Positions 45,231 through 57,874 of a DNA stretch of 64,000 nt are shown in pieces (position 1 is the stretch's first letter; the number at the start of each line of letters is the position of its first letter). The DNA comes from Nemertoderma westbladi (lineage: Eukaryota; Animalia; Xenacoelomorpha). The DNA lies in NCBI GenBank assembly GCA_032718475.1, contig JAUCBJ010006694.1, forward strand, positions 29,167-93,166. The letters are read 5' to 3'. The position numbers and the translations under genes are program-made. The notes under the pieces are model-generated. The model was not told the DNA's origin. It did not search any database and was given only the letters and a program-made list of their open reading frames with translations.

Positions 45231-48200
45231 AGATGTAGAAGGGTGGTTTAGGTTCAACTCTAAATGGGTGCAAAGATGATTCAGTTGGTTGACAAGGTAA
45301 AGCATTGTATCGTAAGCATTTGGTACATCCATGTACTATAGATCGTACTAAGGAACGGCCACTGGGGATCCAATAATCACGACGAATTAGGGCTAATGTC
45401 GCTTCAGATCCTTGGTGCATTAAGCAGGAATGCATAGCATTGGCAATCAAGCGAGTCAAATGACTCTTACTGGGTAAGATTGGAAGCAATTTCTCACAAG
45501 TTCGAGGTGACATCATCAAAATTCCATCCTTGATTTGGGGATGAAGTCGCCATATACTTGAGGATCGGGGAAGTGGTGTTGATTTATTTCCCAAATGTTT
45601 GATCTCACTGTCATAGAAAAGAGATTATTCATTGCAGATTAGTAAGTTCTTAGATTCACTTACTTCTGAGCGTAGAGATGTTATGTATAAACCGTCTCAC
45701 CCATGATAGTACATTGATTAAGCGAGATAATGTGGAAAAGTTACGAATCGTAATAACCTGTTCTAAATCCATAGGATTCAGGGTCTCAACAATGAGGAGC
45801 TGAGGTGGAGGCAATGGTTCTTGAGGCCAATATTCTGGGCCATGACGATATAAATGGCTAGACTGGAGTATATATAAAGAACATCCACGAGATGGAATGT
45901 CGGCAGGATTGTCTGCAGTTGGTACAAAATGCCATTGGGAAGACTCAGTTAGAGAGTTTATTTCCAACAAACGATTACGGACAAAGATATCTTTCTTCGA
46001 TGTTCCCTTTCTTATGCACTGAAGGGCACACATTGAGTCACTCCAAAGGTGTAAGGATCGAGGAGTAAGTAATTTCTTAGTGATATGATTAGAGAATCGA
46101 GCCCCCAAAAGACAAGCCATTATCTCCAGGCGAGGAGTGGAAAGAGTTGTTGGCTTCAATGGAGCAATGGTAAATCTACCATAAAGCAATACAGGAATCC
46201 CTAAAGGGGGGACTACATAAACCAGAAATGCATATGCCAACAATGATGCGTCGCAAAAGACATGGATATCGCAGTCAGAGTTAAGATGAATGCATCTGGG
46301 GAAAGTAACAGAAATCTGGGCATCTGCAACCCATCGGGTCAGTTTATCACATAATTGATCAGGTAGGGGATGGTTCCAACCATGGCCGGTTTGCCAAGAT
46401 TGCTGGAGAATCAAACGGCCTTGCAAAATCCAGGGGCTTAGTAGGCCAAGAGGATCAAAAACTAAACAAATAACACGAAGTACAGCTCGGCGCGTCAAGA
46501 CTGGGGGTAATACAACCTTAGATGTATCAATCGAGATAGCATCGGCATGGCTATCCCAACATAACCCGAGAACCTTTTGAGGGTTTACTACAGGTTTCAA
46601 GGCCATACCAGCAGTAGCTAATAAATCAATAACATGGGCTAGGAAGGTATGTAACTCATTTTGATTATTAGATGAACGGTAAAAATCATCACAATAAAGA
46701 TGTTTAATAATCTCAGAGGCTGTACTGGGGTCCGTGTTTGATACAATATGATGTTGTACAGTAGAATGTAACAAATATCCACTTGGAGTTATTCCAAAGG
46801 GAACTCTAGTAAATTCACATTCTTGGTTATTGCAAATATATTTTAACCACTTCCTATCGTTAGGATGAACCTCCACTTGATGGTAAGCGGCGGTAATATC
46901 AGCGGCCACAACATATTTATAGAATCGGAATCGTAATAAAACATCAACTAGTGATGATAGAAGGTTAGGACCTGGATCCAGACATGCATTGAGGCTAATA
47001 CCATCAGGATCCCCAGCTGACCCATTAAATACCACCCGAGGCTTAGTATCTTTCCGAGCAAGGTGGTGTGGGAGATAAAATCCAGTATCAGGGGGACTGG
47101 TTGCCGTGGTAACAATACCATCAGTCTGTAATTTACTCATTTTTGTCTGGTAAATATCGAGCTCGGATGGTTTCAGTTGGGAAATAATTCGCTTTTGTTG
47201 CCGCTGAACTATGGAAAAGTTCGATTTTGGGCGAAGGAGACACCGGAAGGGAAGTCGAACTCGATATCGTGATGGATCATCAGGAGAACGCTCAGGTATA
47301 GGGTAAGGAGTGCAATCCACTTCATCCTTTTTTATACCTACAGTTTCTAAATTCCAGAATTGTATAACTTCTATAGGTTCGGTAAGTAACATGGATGGGT
47401 TAGATCCTGACAGAGAGACGGGTATATGGGTACTACCAGGAGAAGTGGCACCAGATAAAACACAACCAAAAAATGTGTCAATAACTGCTGGCTGGTTAGG
47501 GAAATTCTGTACAAAATTTGTGACATTCCAAATCTGGTCTGCTCCTATAATTAAGGATATGTGCCTATCCCCACCATCAAAAGTATCTGCCCATTGGGTT
47601 AAATGGGATAGGCTATTTGGTATTGAGGACATAGTTTCTTGTTTAATGGGAGGACATAATTTCTCAGTAGTCCATGCATTTAGTTGGATTGGTGCCTGAG
47701 AAAACTGGCTGAAAAGGTTAAACTGGACAAGATTGGATTGCTGCGTTGTGCAGTTTCCACCAAAGGATCCAGTTGTCATAAGCTGTGATTGTAAACAAGG
47801 CAGGTCAAGAGCTTGACTAAGATCATATTGAATATAAGATCGTTTCGATCCATCATCAAGGTAAATATGTATCCAATAACCATTATTAATATATGGATGT
47901 GTAATAAAACATAGGGCTAGTTTTATAAAAATGGCAGAAGTGTGCATGATTATGCTCGAATCGGTAGTGTTCACAGGGTTTACAGAGATTGCTGTATCAC
48001 CCTGCCGAGCATCACCCTGCCGGGGAGGTGGATAAAATCTTTTCTGATGAAAGTTATTACGTTTGTAATGGTTATGGGGATGGGTAGCTTCTGAAGTGGA
48101 ATTATTTTGGTGGTCAGATCGGTTACTTCCCGTTTTGGGGATTGTAGCAGTAGCTGCTTTATCCCTTTCATTGCGGTAGCATAATAAGGTGTGATGTAAT

Positions 48201-50012
48201 TTACCACAATGGTGGCATAATTCTGAAGATGGACATTCATATGTAGGATGTGGTCCAAAACAATTACTACAAAGTTTGGCAGTGCGAATTATTGAAATAC
48301 GACCATCAACCATTTTGTTCATAAAGGTAGTGCAGGTTTTGAGTTTATGGGTTGCCCCTTTACATGCAGGGCACATTAAATTGGGTTTATACTGAGCCAA
48401 ATTATCACCGGTAGCTAGGGCAATTGTTGAGGCAAAATTACCCCTAGTATTATAAGGTACGTATGTTTTACCTGTATTATTGGTATATTTGGGACTAGAC
48501 CGAGGTATGGTGTTAGTCGCTCCATAAGCTACTGACTCGAGCGATTCTAGTTCTGAGTTTACAAAGGTTAATAACGCCCCCAAATTAAATCGTTCAGAGG
48601 CATGGTTACGGTTCCAGATAAGAACTAAATCTATTGGGAGTTTCTGTAAAAGTAGAGGGGCTAATAGAAGTGAAGTTAAATCTGGCGATTTATCACTCAA
48701 AGGAGTTCCACTTGGAGAAATTTCTGTAGATAAATGTCGGATTTCCCGCAATGCGCCCTCAAAAGAATCAATAGTTTCACGGAATACTTTAAGGTTGGTT
48801 GTCTGGATCATTGGCAATGAGCATAGGCGGCTCGCATATAATCCTATAAGTAGGTTAGGATTACCATAACGGCGTTTTAGTATAGTAATAGCATCGTTAT
48901 AATTACTGGCCGTCAATGATATACCTGAAAGGGCCTCTTTAGCGTCATTAATCAGAGAACTACGGAGGTAGACAAACTTCTGAACCTCAGATAAACCTGG
49001 TCGGTTATGGATCAATGCTTCATATTGATCCCAGAAGGGACGCCAAGACATAAATTCGCCATCAAACGTTGGGACAGCAATTTTAGGTAATCCATGGGTA
49101 CTACTGGCAATGCCATGGTTGGAGGAATGGTGCGACTGGCTGCCGGAATTTGTAGAAGAATTCGAGTTTGTTCTCTCAATCCGGGATAAAATTCGATTGG
49201 ATTTAAATAAAGTTTTATCCAAGTCGCGGTCGTAGTTAGAAGGTTCCGGAGAATATCCAAGGTCAATTAACTCCGAATCTATCGAGTTTAATATTTTACG
49301 TTGTCTGTCCACGAGTTCGATTTGGTACGCCAACTCATCCGAGTCAATATCTTCCTCGTTCTTACACCATAAAGTCTCAAGTTCTGTTATGAGTTTACGA
49401 GCTTTTGTGCGTTCTATCCCTCGAGTACGTTTTATCGCATTGATTTCAGTGGTTAGGTTGGGAGGGCCACCGGTATCCACACCCCCACGGTTGCGGGTTG
49501 GAGATGTAGGTGGGTTAGTGTCGTCGTCCGACATAACCGCTGTACCAGTTATTTACCGGTAGGTCAGTAGGTATTAAATATAACATGGAAATTACAGCTT
49601 TCTGGCATTACAGTATTTTCGTGTTAGGTTAGGCTAAACTGTCCAATATTTCAGTATTTATTTATTAGGTGCGATTCAGATCCGGTTCGAAGAGTGTGCG
49701 GATCCCAATAGATCCGACTGGTCCAGGACTGTATAGTGGAGAGGGCAAATGGTGTGATGAAAAACATAACATAATATGTTTGGTTCAATATCAATAATGT
49801 AAGATAATGGATGGCGGTAACTCATATAAACAATAAACCATCAGACAATAAACACCAATACTGGTGAACGGTACAATAAAATATACAATGAATGGTAGGC
49901 CTATAGGGAGACCGGTAATACTGCTGTACATATAAACAACAAAAGTGTGAAAGGGGGGGGGGGGGCATGGCCTATAATAGAGTCCATGGAGATCTGTAGG
50001 GGAGCTGGAACA
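45231..50012 (-). mobile_element. Conventional Bel/Pao element E, 3'-truncated in integrase; 5' LTR ~49695-50012
   Basis: LTR starts TGTTCCAGC and ends ..CACA; followed by CTCTTCGAACCGGAT (tRNA-Tyr-type PBS lacking the TGGT) at 49680-49694. Confidence 0.85.
45656..49534 (-). CDS. Bel/Pao Gag-Pol polyprotein of element E (integrase zinc-finger fragment continues at 45231-45594)
   Basis: LPKIAVPTFDG, three zinc knuckles, YLDDGS protease, YCDD RT, VFCDAS/NPADIPSRG RNase H. Confidence 0.93.
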   Translation of the reverse strand: MSDDDTNPPTSPTRNRGGVDTGGPPNLTTEINAIKRTRGIERTKARKLITELETLWCKNEEDIDSDELAYQIELVDRQRKILNSIDSELIDLGYSPEPSNYDRDLDKTLFKSNRILSRIERTNSNSSTNSGSQSHHSSNHGIASSTHGLPKIAVPTFDGEFMSWRPFWDQYEALIHNRPGLSEVQKFVYLRSSLINDAKEALSGISLTASNYNDAITILKRRYGNPNLLIGLYASRLCSLPMIQTTNLKVFRETIDSFEGALREIRHLSTEISPSGTPLSDKSPDLTSLLLAPLLLQKLPIDLVLIWNRNHASERFNLGALLTFVNSELESLESVAYGATNTIPRSSPKYTNNTGKTYVPYNTRGNFASTIALATGDNLAQYKPNLMCPACKGATHKLKTCTTFMNKMVDGRISIIRTAKLCSNCFGPHPTYECPSSELCHHCGKLHHTLLCYRNERDKAATATIPKTGSNRSDHQNNSTSEATHPHNHYKRNNFHQKRFYPPPRQGDARQGDTAISVNPVNTTDSSIIMHTSAIFIKLALCFITHPYINNGYWIHIYLDDGSKRSYIQYDLSQALDLPCLQSQLMTTGSFGGNCTTQQSNLVQFNLFSQFSQAPIQLNAWTTEKLCPPIKQETMSSIPNSLSHLTQWADTFDGGDRHISLIIGADQIWNVTNFVQNFPNQPAVIDTFFGCVLSGATSPGSTHIPVSLSGSNPSMLLTEPIEVIQFWNLETVGIKKDEVDCTPYPIPERSPDDPSRYRVRLPFRCLLRPKSNFSIVQRQQKRIISQLKPSELDIYQTKMSKLQTDGIVTTATSPPDTGFYLPHHLARKDTKPRVVFNGSAGDPDGISLNACLDPGPNLLSSLVDVLLRFRFYKYVVAADITAAYHQVEVHPNDRKWLKYICNNQECEFTRVPFGITPSGYLLHSTVQHHIVSNTDPSTASEIIKHLYCDDFYRSSNNQNELHTFLAHVIDLLATAGMALKPVVNPQKVLGLCWDSHADAISIDTSKVVLPPVLTRRAVLRVICLVFDPLGLLSPWILQGRLILQQSWQTGHGWNHPLPDQLCDKLTRWVADAQISVTFPRCIHLNSDCDIHVFCDASLLAYAFLVYVVPPLGIPVLLYGRFTIAPLKPTTLSTPRLEIMACLLGARFSNHITKKLLTPRSLHLWSDSMCALQCIRKGTSKKDIFVRNRLLEINSLTESSQWHFVPTADNPADIPSRGCSLYILQSSHLYRHGPEYWPQEPLPPPQLLIVETLNPMDLEQVITIRNFSTLSRLINVLSWVRRFIHNISTLRSK

Positions 50013-50334
50013 CACCGCGATGGGGAGGACTCCACCCCCTTGCTTGGAGAAACCAAACAGGTTGGCGCCAAAGAACGTGGGGCGAACAGATTCCGGAATG
50101 GTGCCGGCGGCCATGACGTCGATGAACCGGGAGAGACTGGAGACAAGTCGGTTTCCAGCTTCTCCGTTCGTGTGGCCGATAAGATCTTTCAAGATCTGCG
50201 GCCGCATTCCGTCGGGGCCACTGGCGCTGCCGCACGGGAACGACGCAACGAGCTTCCTGACTGTTGCCCGCATGATATTGTTCCCTGAGAATGCCTCTGC
50301 ATCTGTTAACTTACCACGAGCTGTCAATCAGGAA

Positions 50335-50590
50335 TACCTCGGAGTTTATTTTCTCAAAGAATTCAAAGTGCCGCAACCTAACTCAAAGTGACATTTCTCA
50401 AAGAATTCAAAGAATTCAAAGTGCCTAAAAGCAGGAAATCACTTTGAGATTCCCAACTAAAAGTGTCTACAAGAATTCAAAGCGGCCGTTGGGAGTAATG
50501 TAATGACTTTTAGACAAATGACTTTTAGACACTTTTAGAAAAACTTTGAGAAAATCTCAAAGAACAGATGCACTTTGAGACCCCGACTGT
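50335..50590. repeat. Short repeat array (CTCAAAGAATTCAAAGTG and inverted CACTTTGAGA units), MITE-like
   Basis: Several direct and inverted copies visible. Confidence 0.55.
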
Positions 50591-51724
50591 ATGGTTACTT
50601 CAATTTAGTGTCCATACAGCCTTCACAGATCATTTAAACCTTATAGCAGGCTTATGTATTGACTATACATTATATGGTTAAATAGCAGGTACTTTGAAAA
50701 TACAGTATAACAAAAAATATAGATTCAACGTATTATACTGCTGATTAAAACGATATTTGTTCTTAATGCAAAAAGCTGAGTAGTGACATCAACAAATTCC
50801 GCATCCCCCCTCGCTATTCTTTTCTGTACATGTATTACTATAAGGCCTGTACTGTATTAACATAAGGCAAACATGTGTGCAACATATAAAATCCATGAAC
50901 TGGATTACACAATTACGAATTGAATAGTTTATGGATTTAAATTTAACTTCGGAGTCTTGGCTATGGCTATTTCACTTTCACATATGCTCGACATATATTA
51001 TTCACATGCGCATTCTCACACATTTATTTATGATAAATTCATATGTTCAACATATAAATACCATAAATGGCGATACACACATTCTAAGTGTATGTAACAC
51101 CGCATGCGTGACATGTATTATTCATACATGAGCATAAAAACCCAATTTCCAGACACACCTATTCCATACAACATATATATACCACATATGAAATATAAGT
51201 TCATGTTTAACTGGGTACCGCGGACGAGCAGGGGGAAGTTGTTGGGGTCACCATGGGAGGTGGAGGAGTCCGTTGGTCGTCCGGTCGGGAGGGGTGCTTC
51301 AACTTCAGCCTCTCCAAAGTCTCTGGTGTGTTAGGCGCCATGGAGTCTTTAGAAGACGCCAGGCAAATGGTGCCCTTCACATCGCCATCCTCAATCTTCT
51401 CTACCACAGCTGCAGCAAGACGGATGGAGTCGTCTCGTTTCTTGGGCCGGCGGGATCCGGTGGTGGTGGATCGGGATTCCGGAGGTTGGTGTAGGTTGCT
51501 CCAGTACTCGCGTACCAGCCCGTTGATCTGGGACGCGAGGGATCGAGTGTGTCGTCAGCCCCCACGCTTAGGGGCAGGAATACCTGAATACAGCGATGGC
51601 AGACAAGGAGGAGGTTGACCCATGAGTCGACGCAGTTGGGGTTGCTGACGATTGTGGAGAGAACTTCGGAGAGGAGGTCCGCGAGGTTGTTCCGCGCCGG
51701 CCCCTAATGAAAAGTTTTATTTTC

Positions 51725-51970
51725 TGCGCCGAACGCTGTGCCGGGTGCCAAAAATCCTGCGCTGGCTCTGAGCAAAACCACGCCGGGTGCAAAAAATCCT
51801 GCACCGGCTCTGTGCAAAACCACGCCGGGTGCAAAAAAATCCTGCGCCGGCTCTGTCTGTCTGTGCAAACCCACGCCCATGCCAGGTGCAAAAATCCTGC
51901 GCCGGCTCTGTGCAATGCAAAATGCTGCGCCGGGTGAAAAATCTTCCACCGGCTCGTCAAAGCTGCACCG
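51725..51970. repeat. GC-rich minisatellite, ~42-bp unit, ~5-6 copies
   Basis: CCTGCGCCGGCTCTGTGCAAAACCACGCCGGGTGCAAAAAAT repeated. Confidence 0.85.
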
Positions 51971-53129
51971 GGCTGACTGGTATAAAACATAAAATCTGCC
52001 TGTTATACTGTACAGTACCTGTAGTTTATTCGGTTATCTATAATATTGCAGCTGCACTAATCCGAGTTGTTTCTTAAACAAACGAAAGTTGTGGGTGGGT
52101 GAACAGGTGAAATGAAAATAAGGATACAGAGACGGAAAACCTTAATAAAGACAAATGCAACAAGTACAGTAGGTACGTTGTTTTATTCCAAAACTGTAAC
52201 ATTACGAAACAACTACTTAAGAAACACTGCATGTAAATTTATGTTGTAAAATAAAGTGTACATTTTTTGAAATTACTCAAATGTTACAATATGAATTATA
52301 GAAAGAATATTAAAGACTACATCAGTAGGCCTAGTCCTTGTATTTATGTACTACGTTCTACTTTATTACATACTACGTACTGACGTACTGTGGTCCTACG
52401 TCTATGCTACAGATACGGTATGTCTGAATGAATAATGACTAGCTGTATGTTATGTTTATTAATATCGCCAGAATAATAATAAAATATTAATTTTTGCACA
52501 TGTACGTACACGTACAGTAGATTAAAATAAAATGAACACATATCTGGTAAAGTACGCTAATAAGCGTATGTACTATTGTAAGAAAAATACGGATAATGGT
52601 ATTAAGGTAAAATTAGTAAAATAATTAAAATTATAGTTTATTTACAGTACAGTTGGTGGATATTAATTATTAAAAAAAAACGATATTACAGCAAAATTAA
52701 ATTAAAAACCGGCAAAGCATACTTACAGTAGGTTTAAGGGCTTCAACAACATACAGTACTAAAGGCAAACATATTAATAAGGACAAGTTTACAATACTCT
52801 ATAGGATACAACACAACAATACATAGTTATACGGAACATAAATTTGGTACCGTAGGTATGTCGCATAAGTAAAATATTACTGCTGAAATAAAACGCGCAA
52901 AGTAAAGTAACTACAAAAGATAGGAAAACAATTAAACATAAAAAAACACTATTTTAAAATTTAACACAAAAAAATGTTTTTTTTGGGATTGAAAAAATGA
53001 TAATAATAGGTACTGTAGCTAGATTTTAATAAAGAAATCGTTGTATCCGAAAGATATCCAAAAGATATCGCTTTCGCTACTGCCACTTGGCGCACAGGAG
53101 TATCACTATATATTCATTTTAAGGGACAT

Positions 53130-53437
53130 TTCGCAGTCTAGTCTATTTTTGAATGTGTTCAAGCATGGAGTACCAAGGGTATTACGTGCAATAACAACAC
53201 TTTCCGGTAATGCTAAAGGATTCCAAATGTTTACAACGCTGTCTGCAAAGTTGTTGCGTGTTAGCATTGGTGGAGTTAGGAACGAAACTGGAAGAAATTA
53301 CTTCGCTCAATTTTGTCAATCGGGTTGATAAACTTGTATGTTGTTATAAGGTCGGCTAGTACACGGCGATATATTAATGTCGGTAGTTTGAGTGCAAGTA
53401 GTCGGTTTTCATATGACAACTCAGCCATAGCGATAGT
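53130..53437 (-). mobile_element. Degraded 3' end of a CR1-like LINE
   Basis: Minus-strand peptide SVVNIWNPLALPESVVIA resembles the CR1 ORF2 C-terminal WN.LP..VV motif. Confidence 0.45.
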
Positions 53438-54603
53438 TGTTTGCGCTTTTAAGACCTTTGACAGTTTAACCTGCCAAAATTAGAATGTCTTTTGGATGAT
53501 AGATAGTCTTTAGCCTATGACGAGTATTTGATACACTACATTAGCCGAAGCCAGTCTATGCGCAATCATTCACCCGTTGGATATACCCGGGAGACTGAGT
53601 TCGGAGCTTAATGATTGATGGTGTAAGCCTAATGTATTATTCGACTGATCGTAATATATAATCTCTGACAAAGATTATTCACTTTCGGGAAATATTAACA
53701 GTTCCTTTAGGACGTGGCGCTCTAAATATGTAAACAGAGTTATGGCTTAAACTAGACACAACGAAAAGGCTATAGATTCACGTATATGGCGCATTCTTTA
53801 GGAGATGCTTTGTTATCAGTTACACTCATACACAATGCTGCACAATACTGCACACTAATCTGCCGACCTTCACTAATTTTAGTCACGTATAAAGAGAGCA
53901 ACAGACAATTTATGTTGGGCATATGAAATAGCATTAGATTCACTTCAAACCACTTAACATAGGTTGCAATCGTTTATCTGTAACCGGTCTCTCTAACCTT
54001 TAGTATATCAAGAAGGTGGGGTATCTGACTATCGATCAGTATTCCGATATAATATTTCATCAACCAATATAATGAATAACCGACAGTAAAGCAGTAATAT
54101 TAATGTATAAATGATTATTAAGTGAATGAGTTAACTTGTGTAACTCGTGATAACAGATATACGTTCTATAATTAAGCCTACTAATGTAAGACTAAAGACT
54201 GAAAACACGGAGGTGCCAAAAGCCGATGTTCTTAGGCTCTGGGCAAAAACATAACACTGAACTACTGAGTTCTGTATACACCTCCAACACAGAGACAAAA
54301 AACGCTCTGATTGGTCAACCGAACAACGAGAGAACAAAGAAACAAAGAAATGTCGACGTGGCAATATCAGCTGTTAGCCGTCGTCATGGTAGCGACACTG
54401 TTTTCAAGAGTATCTAGCTTATCGCGTCACGAGATTGCGGATTATGTCCTCTAAAGTACAAATACAGTACAAATACAGAAGAAATGACTTTTATGTCCTC
54501 TAAAACACCAGTACAGCAAGGACACGGCCTTTTTATGCCTGGCAAACCAACTACAGAGTACTTTAAGGGAAAATAACCGGTTAATGACGCAAAAGCTTTT
54601 ACA
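53438..54603 (-). repeat. 3' LTR of element D (1166 bp)
   Basis: TGTAAAAGC...GCGCAAACA, following the same PPT as A and B. Confidence 0.9.
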
Positions 54604-55095
54604 CCGCTCCCAGAAAATGGGATTTAAGTCTATAAAATATAACAAATCACAGTTTCTAAAATATAAAGATACTCTAAACAGTTAGTCTTTCTTACGCAGA
54701 CGGCGTTTACGCAGTTTTTTGAGGCTAGCAAGAGTCCTTTTCTCTTTGGGGCGAGCCACTTTACTAGGAAGGCTATAAATCCTGGGTGAAGGGTGCAATA
54801 TGATTGCATCAGAAGGTGTAGGATTATGGTCGGGGTATCCGCCGTTTCGATATGCTTCTCCTCGAGCTGATTTTCCTCCGCTCGTAGCTTGATACGTTCA
54901 TCCAAAACTCTCGCAGAGAATGGGGTTGTCTAAGTTCGATATCTTCTTAGAGATTCTGGATTTCACAATCGAACTGAGATAAAGACAATTCGTTTATCGC
55001 TTGGACTTGCTGTTACAACTTACGTTTATCTGAACAAACGCAGGTTTACTTTCTGATCCTTCCTTCTTTCCTTTCTGATCTTTGTAGAATAGCGT

Positions 55096-56226
55096 TTAAC
55101 TCGTTTGGTACAACGTTCTCCGCCACTTTGGTGACAGGTTATATCGTGTTAAGCCGGGACGATGGTAAGGGTTAAACGGCGATATTAAATGTCCGCGTCC
55201 CAATCCGGCTAGGTAGAATGGGCTAATATCTAGGAAGCCCACAACTAGGGTGCCACCGACTAATTGTTCAGGTAACACTAGATCTTTGAGCAGTGAGTAC
55301 AGCTCGGGAGGATCCGTCATACTAATAGGATCAAGAGTCTGAAGTCTCACTAGGGAATGAGGAGTTCTGATCGAGTATTCCGAAACTCTGATCATTGGTT
55401 TATTTAAGGATCGTCTGAGTCGAACGAGCGTAGGTGATACATCGAACAAGTTTCGCTCGAAACTCCCGTAAGTATAGCGAGTAAAACCGTGTTTAAAGCA
55501 ACGTCTCCGCGGATGTTTATGTCTTTCCGTTTGTTGGTTGGGTCTTGGGCATTCATCGCAATAATACCCAAAAACGTACGTCTTGTAGGGGAAACGCGAG
55601 TGATCTTTCTCCAGCTTACAATATTCCTCCATCCGTTCGAAGCTATTCGGTACAACAGGTAGCGGTCGATCGGCGGTAAGATACATCATAGAGGAATAGA
55701 GCCGTTTGAGTTCTACCATGCGGTCATGATGTATACCTTGAGGATATCGAGTTTCTAGATTTTGTTGACTGGCAATATTGAGATATGTTTCTATCAGGAA
55801 TTCCAGATAATCGTTGAAGTCGCTGCGTTTATCCGGCTCCTCAACGTCTTCTCTTTCGAGTCTGTTTCGAATAGAATTCTCGTGTTCCATTCTCGGTTTA
55901 TCGTTCCACCTCCGCTGGGTAGGATATTTCAATCGTACCATTTCCCTTTTGGTGTCGACATTGTCCGTATCGTGTAAATCGATAGGATGACCAGTAGTTA
56001 AGAAGTCCACATACGTACCATTACGATGCGTATAGCGAGCGGTGAATTTCTTATAGTCCAACTCACGCGTGAGCTGCTCTTGGGACATTGGCGGTTCGAT
56101 ATAACGACTATCGTCCTCCGCAGCAGTTGGACCAGCGTTGCCGTGTATCAAGCTATCAACAAACGCTTGTAAAGGTAGAGTATATCGCTCCCTGATACCA
56201 AGATCATCTTCTATCAACTCAATCAT
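55096..56226 (-). CDS. Accessory ORF3, long 376-aa version (unknown function, putative Cys/His metal site)
   Basis: First ~122 aa match the A/B/C ORF3; unique continuation includes YYCDEC...HKHP...CFKH. Confidence 0.65.
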   Translation of the reverse strand: MIELIEDDLGIRERYTLPLQAFVDSLIHGNAGPTAAEDDSRYIEPPMSQEQLTRELDYKKFTARYTHRNGTYVDFLTTGHPIDLHDTDNVDTKREMVRLKYPTQRRWNDKPRMEHENSIRNRLEREDVEEPDKRSDFNDYLEFLIETYLNIASQQNLETRYPQGIHHDRMVELKRLYSSMMYLTADRPLPVVPNSFERMEEYCKLEKDHSRFPYKTYVFGYYCDECPRPNQQTERHKHPRRRCFKHGFTRYTYGSFERNLFDVSPTLVRLRRSLNKPMIRVSEYSIRTPHSLVRLQTLDPISMTDPPELYSLLKDLVLPEQLVGGTLVVGFLDISPFYLAGLGRGHLISPFNPYHRPGLTRYNLSPKWRRTLYQTS

Positions 56227-57874
56227 ATCTGCTATATAAATTTATCCATATTATAATGAGTTTATATTTAGGCGAGCGGGCGTCGCTGCCTACCCCTCTC
56301 TGCCCCCGGACAGTGCGAGATCCTCAGCGCTGGTGTACTTTCGCCGATGTGCCTATCGCCAACGTCGTAGCTGCACAACGACTACAACAACCAGCACGAG
56401 CCACTCCACCGTCCGTCCCAAAGGCTTAGATATACTTCAGGTTCTTACTGGAGAGTTAGGGTTACTTTCACAATTGCGACTCGCTACTGTAAACACACCT
56501 TAGTAGTAACATTCACCTACAAACGCACAAATTCCACGTAACAGTCACAAATGGTACACATTCTATCACACATTCGGGTCATTTGTCCGTTAGTCAAGTG
56601 CCTTCCAGAATGTCACGTTGTTATTATGTATCCTTGGATACTAGCAGTGCGCTATTTATTCCCTATGCTATTCAATGGGGCATGCCTTTCTATTGTTCTT
56701 TTAACTCACTTCTAATTCTAGCGTGGTTGTTGCCATGGTGACATTATGGAAAGCTAGCGGTAGAATTAGGGTAATTCTCATGCATACAGATCTGGGATGC
56801 TATTTAATAGTAATTCTTTAATGGTCAATATCCCCTTTATACATGATTCTATGAATTTTATCGGCTATTGACTATGCATTGGAGATTCTCGCACACAAAT
56901 ACACTTAATAAAGTGAATCTCCGCTCCCATGATCTATTAATTAATGGAATTTTGGGAATGTTATAAATTGTACAAAATGACAATTTATTAAATTCATTGA
57001 AATATCTGAATTTAAATTTATTCCCGTAAATTTTATTATTTAATGTTAAATAGACACAATTTTATTCCAGAACGTGTCTGGGGACTGGGATCCTTGATTC
57101 TAGGAATTTTGTCCTTTTAAGAGTATCGGTAAATGCTACGATATCTTAATCGACTAGAATTTTAAAGGATCTGATATTTGACAGATTTTTGTAAATATTA
57201 ATAATTAATATTTAGGATGGGCACCAGTTTATTCCAGAACTTGTCTGGGGACGTTAACCATTGATTCTAGAAATTTGTCTTTCAAGTATATCGGTGGGTG
57301 CCGCGATATCTTAATCGACTAGAATTACAGATGGTCAAAGGGTTTAACAGATTTATTTTGCGTTATACGCTACTGTTAAAGGGACATCACGCTACTATAT
57401 GTATTATTTAATATACGGTATGAGAGCAATATCGCACGAAGCAATGTCAGTGTGAAGAGGCAAGTCGTTTCCAAGGTCTACCCAGAGCTTGGTTTAGCCG
57501 AGACACGAGGATCTGAACTTTGCATTCCTAATACTCTGCCTACCAATAATACTTGAATATAGTAGTGGCTTTATTGTACTTTAATAAGTACGGATATTTC
57601 ATCTTACTGTAGTCACGTATTTATAATATGATACGGGCAGTAAGGAAAGAGAAAAAGAATTATTTCTCGCCGTCGCACTAAATATATAATATACGTAATT
57701 AAATAATAAACGCGAATATATATTGCACTAATCTACTAAATAATCTCTAAAATACCATACTACTAAATAAAATTAAATAAAACGATTAAAATAAAATTAC
57801 ATAATAATACATACATAAATATAAAAATAAAACAAATACAAAATAATAGAGTCACACACCCACTCCATATGTTG

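Larger units (their letters stand above)
44336..51703 (-). mobile_element. Fragmented CRE-like (restriction-like endonuclease) non-LTR retrotransposon; pieces at 44336-45230, 50013-50330 and 51215-51703
   Basis: GPDGMRPQILKDL..SKQGGGVLPIAV; PRLTYFLRATP; GGLGL; CSRCG..DGLHGLSC; GC-rich; interrupted by Bel/Pao E and an AT-rich insert. Confidence 0.7.

Noticed and set aside
44532-45594. ORFs 44532-45332 and 45001-45594 as genes
   Set aside because: Both cross the deletion junction (~45231) between Bel/Pao integrase and CRE-like sequence
51725-51970. CRISPR array or repeat-protein ORFs
   Set aside because: Head-to-tail minisatellite with no unique spacers, in a eukaryotic context; ORFs in all frames reflect the 42-bp stop-free unit
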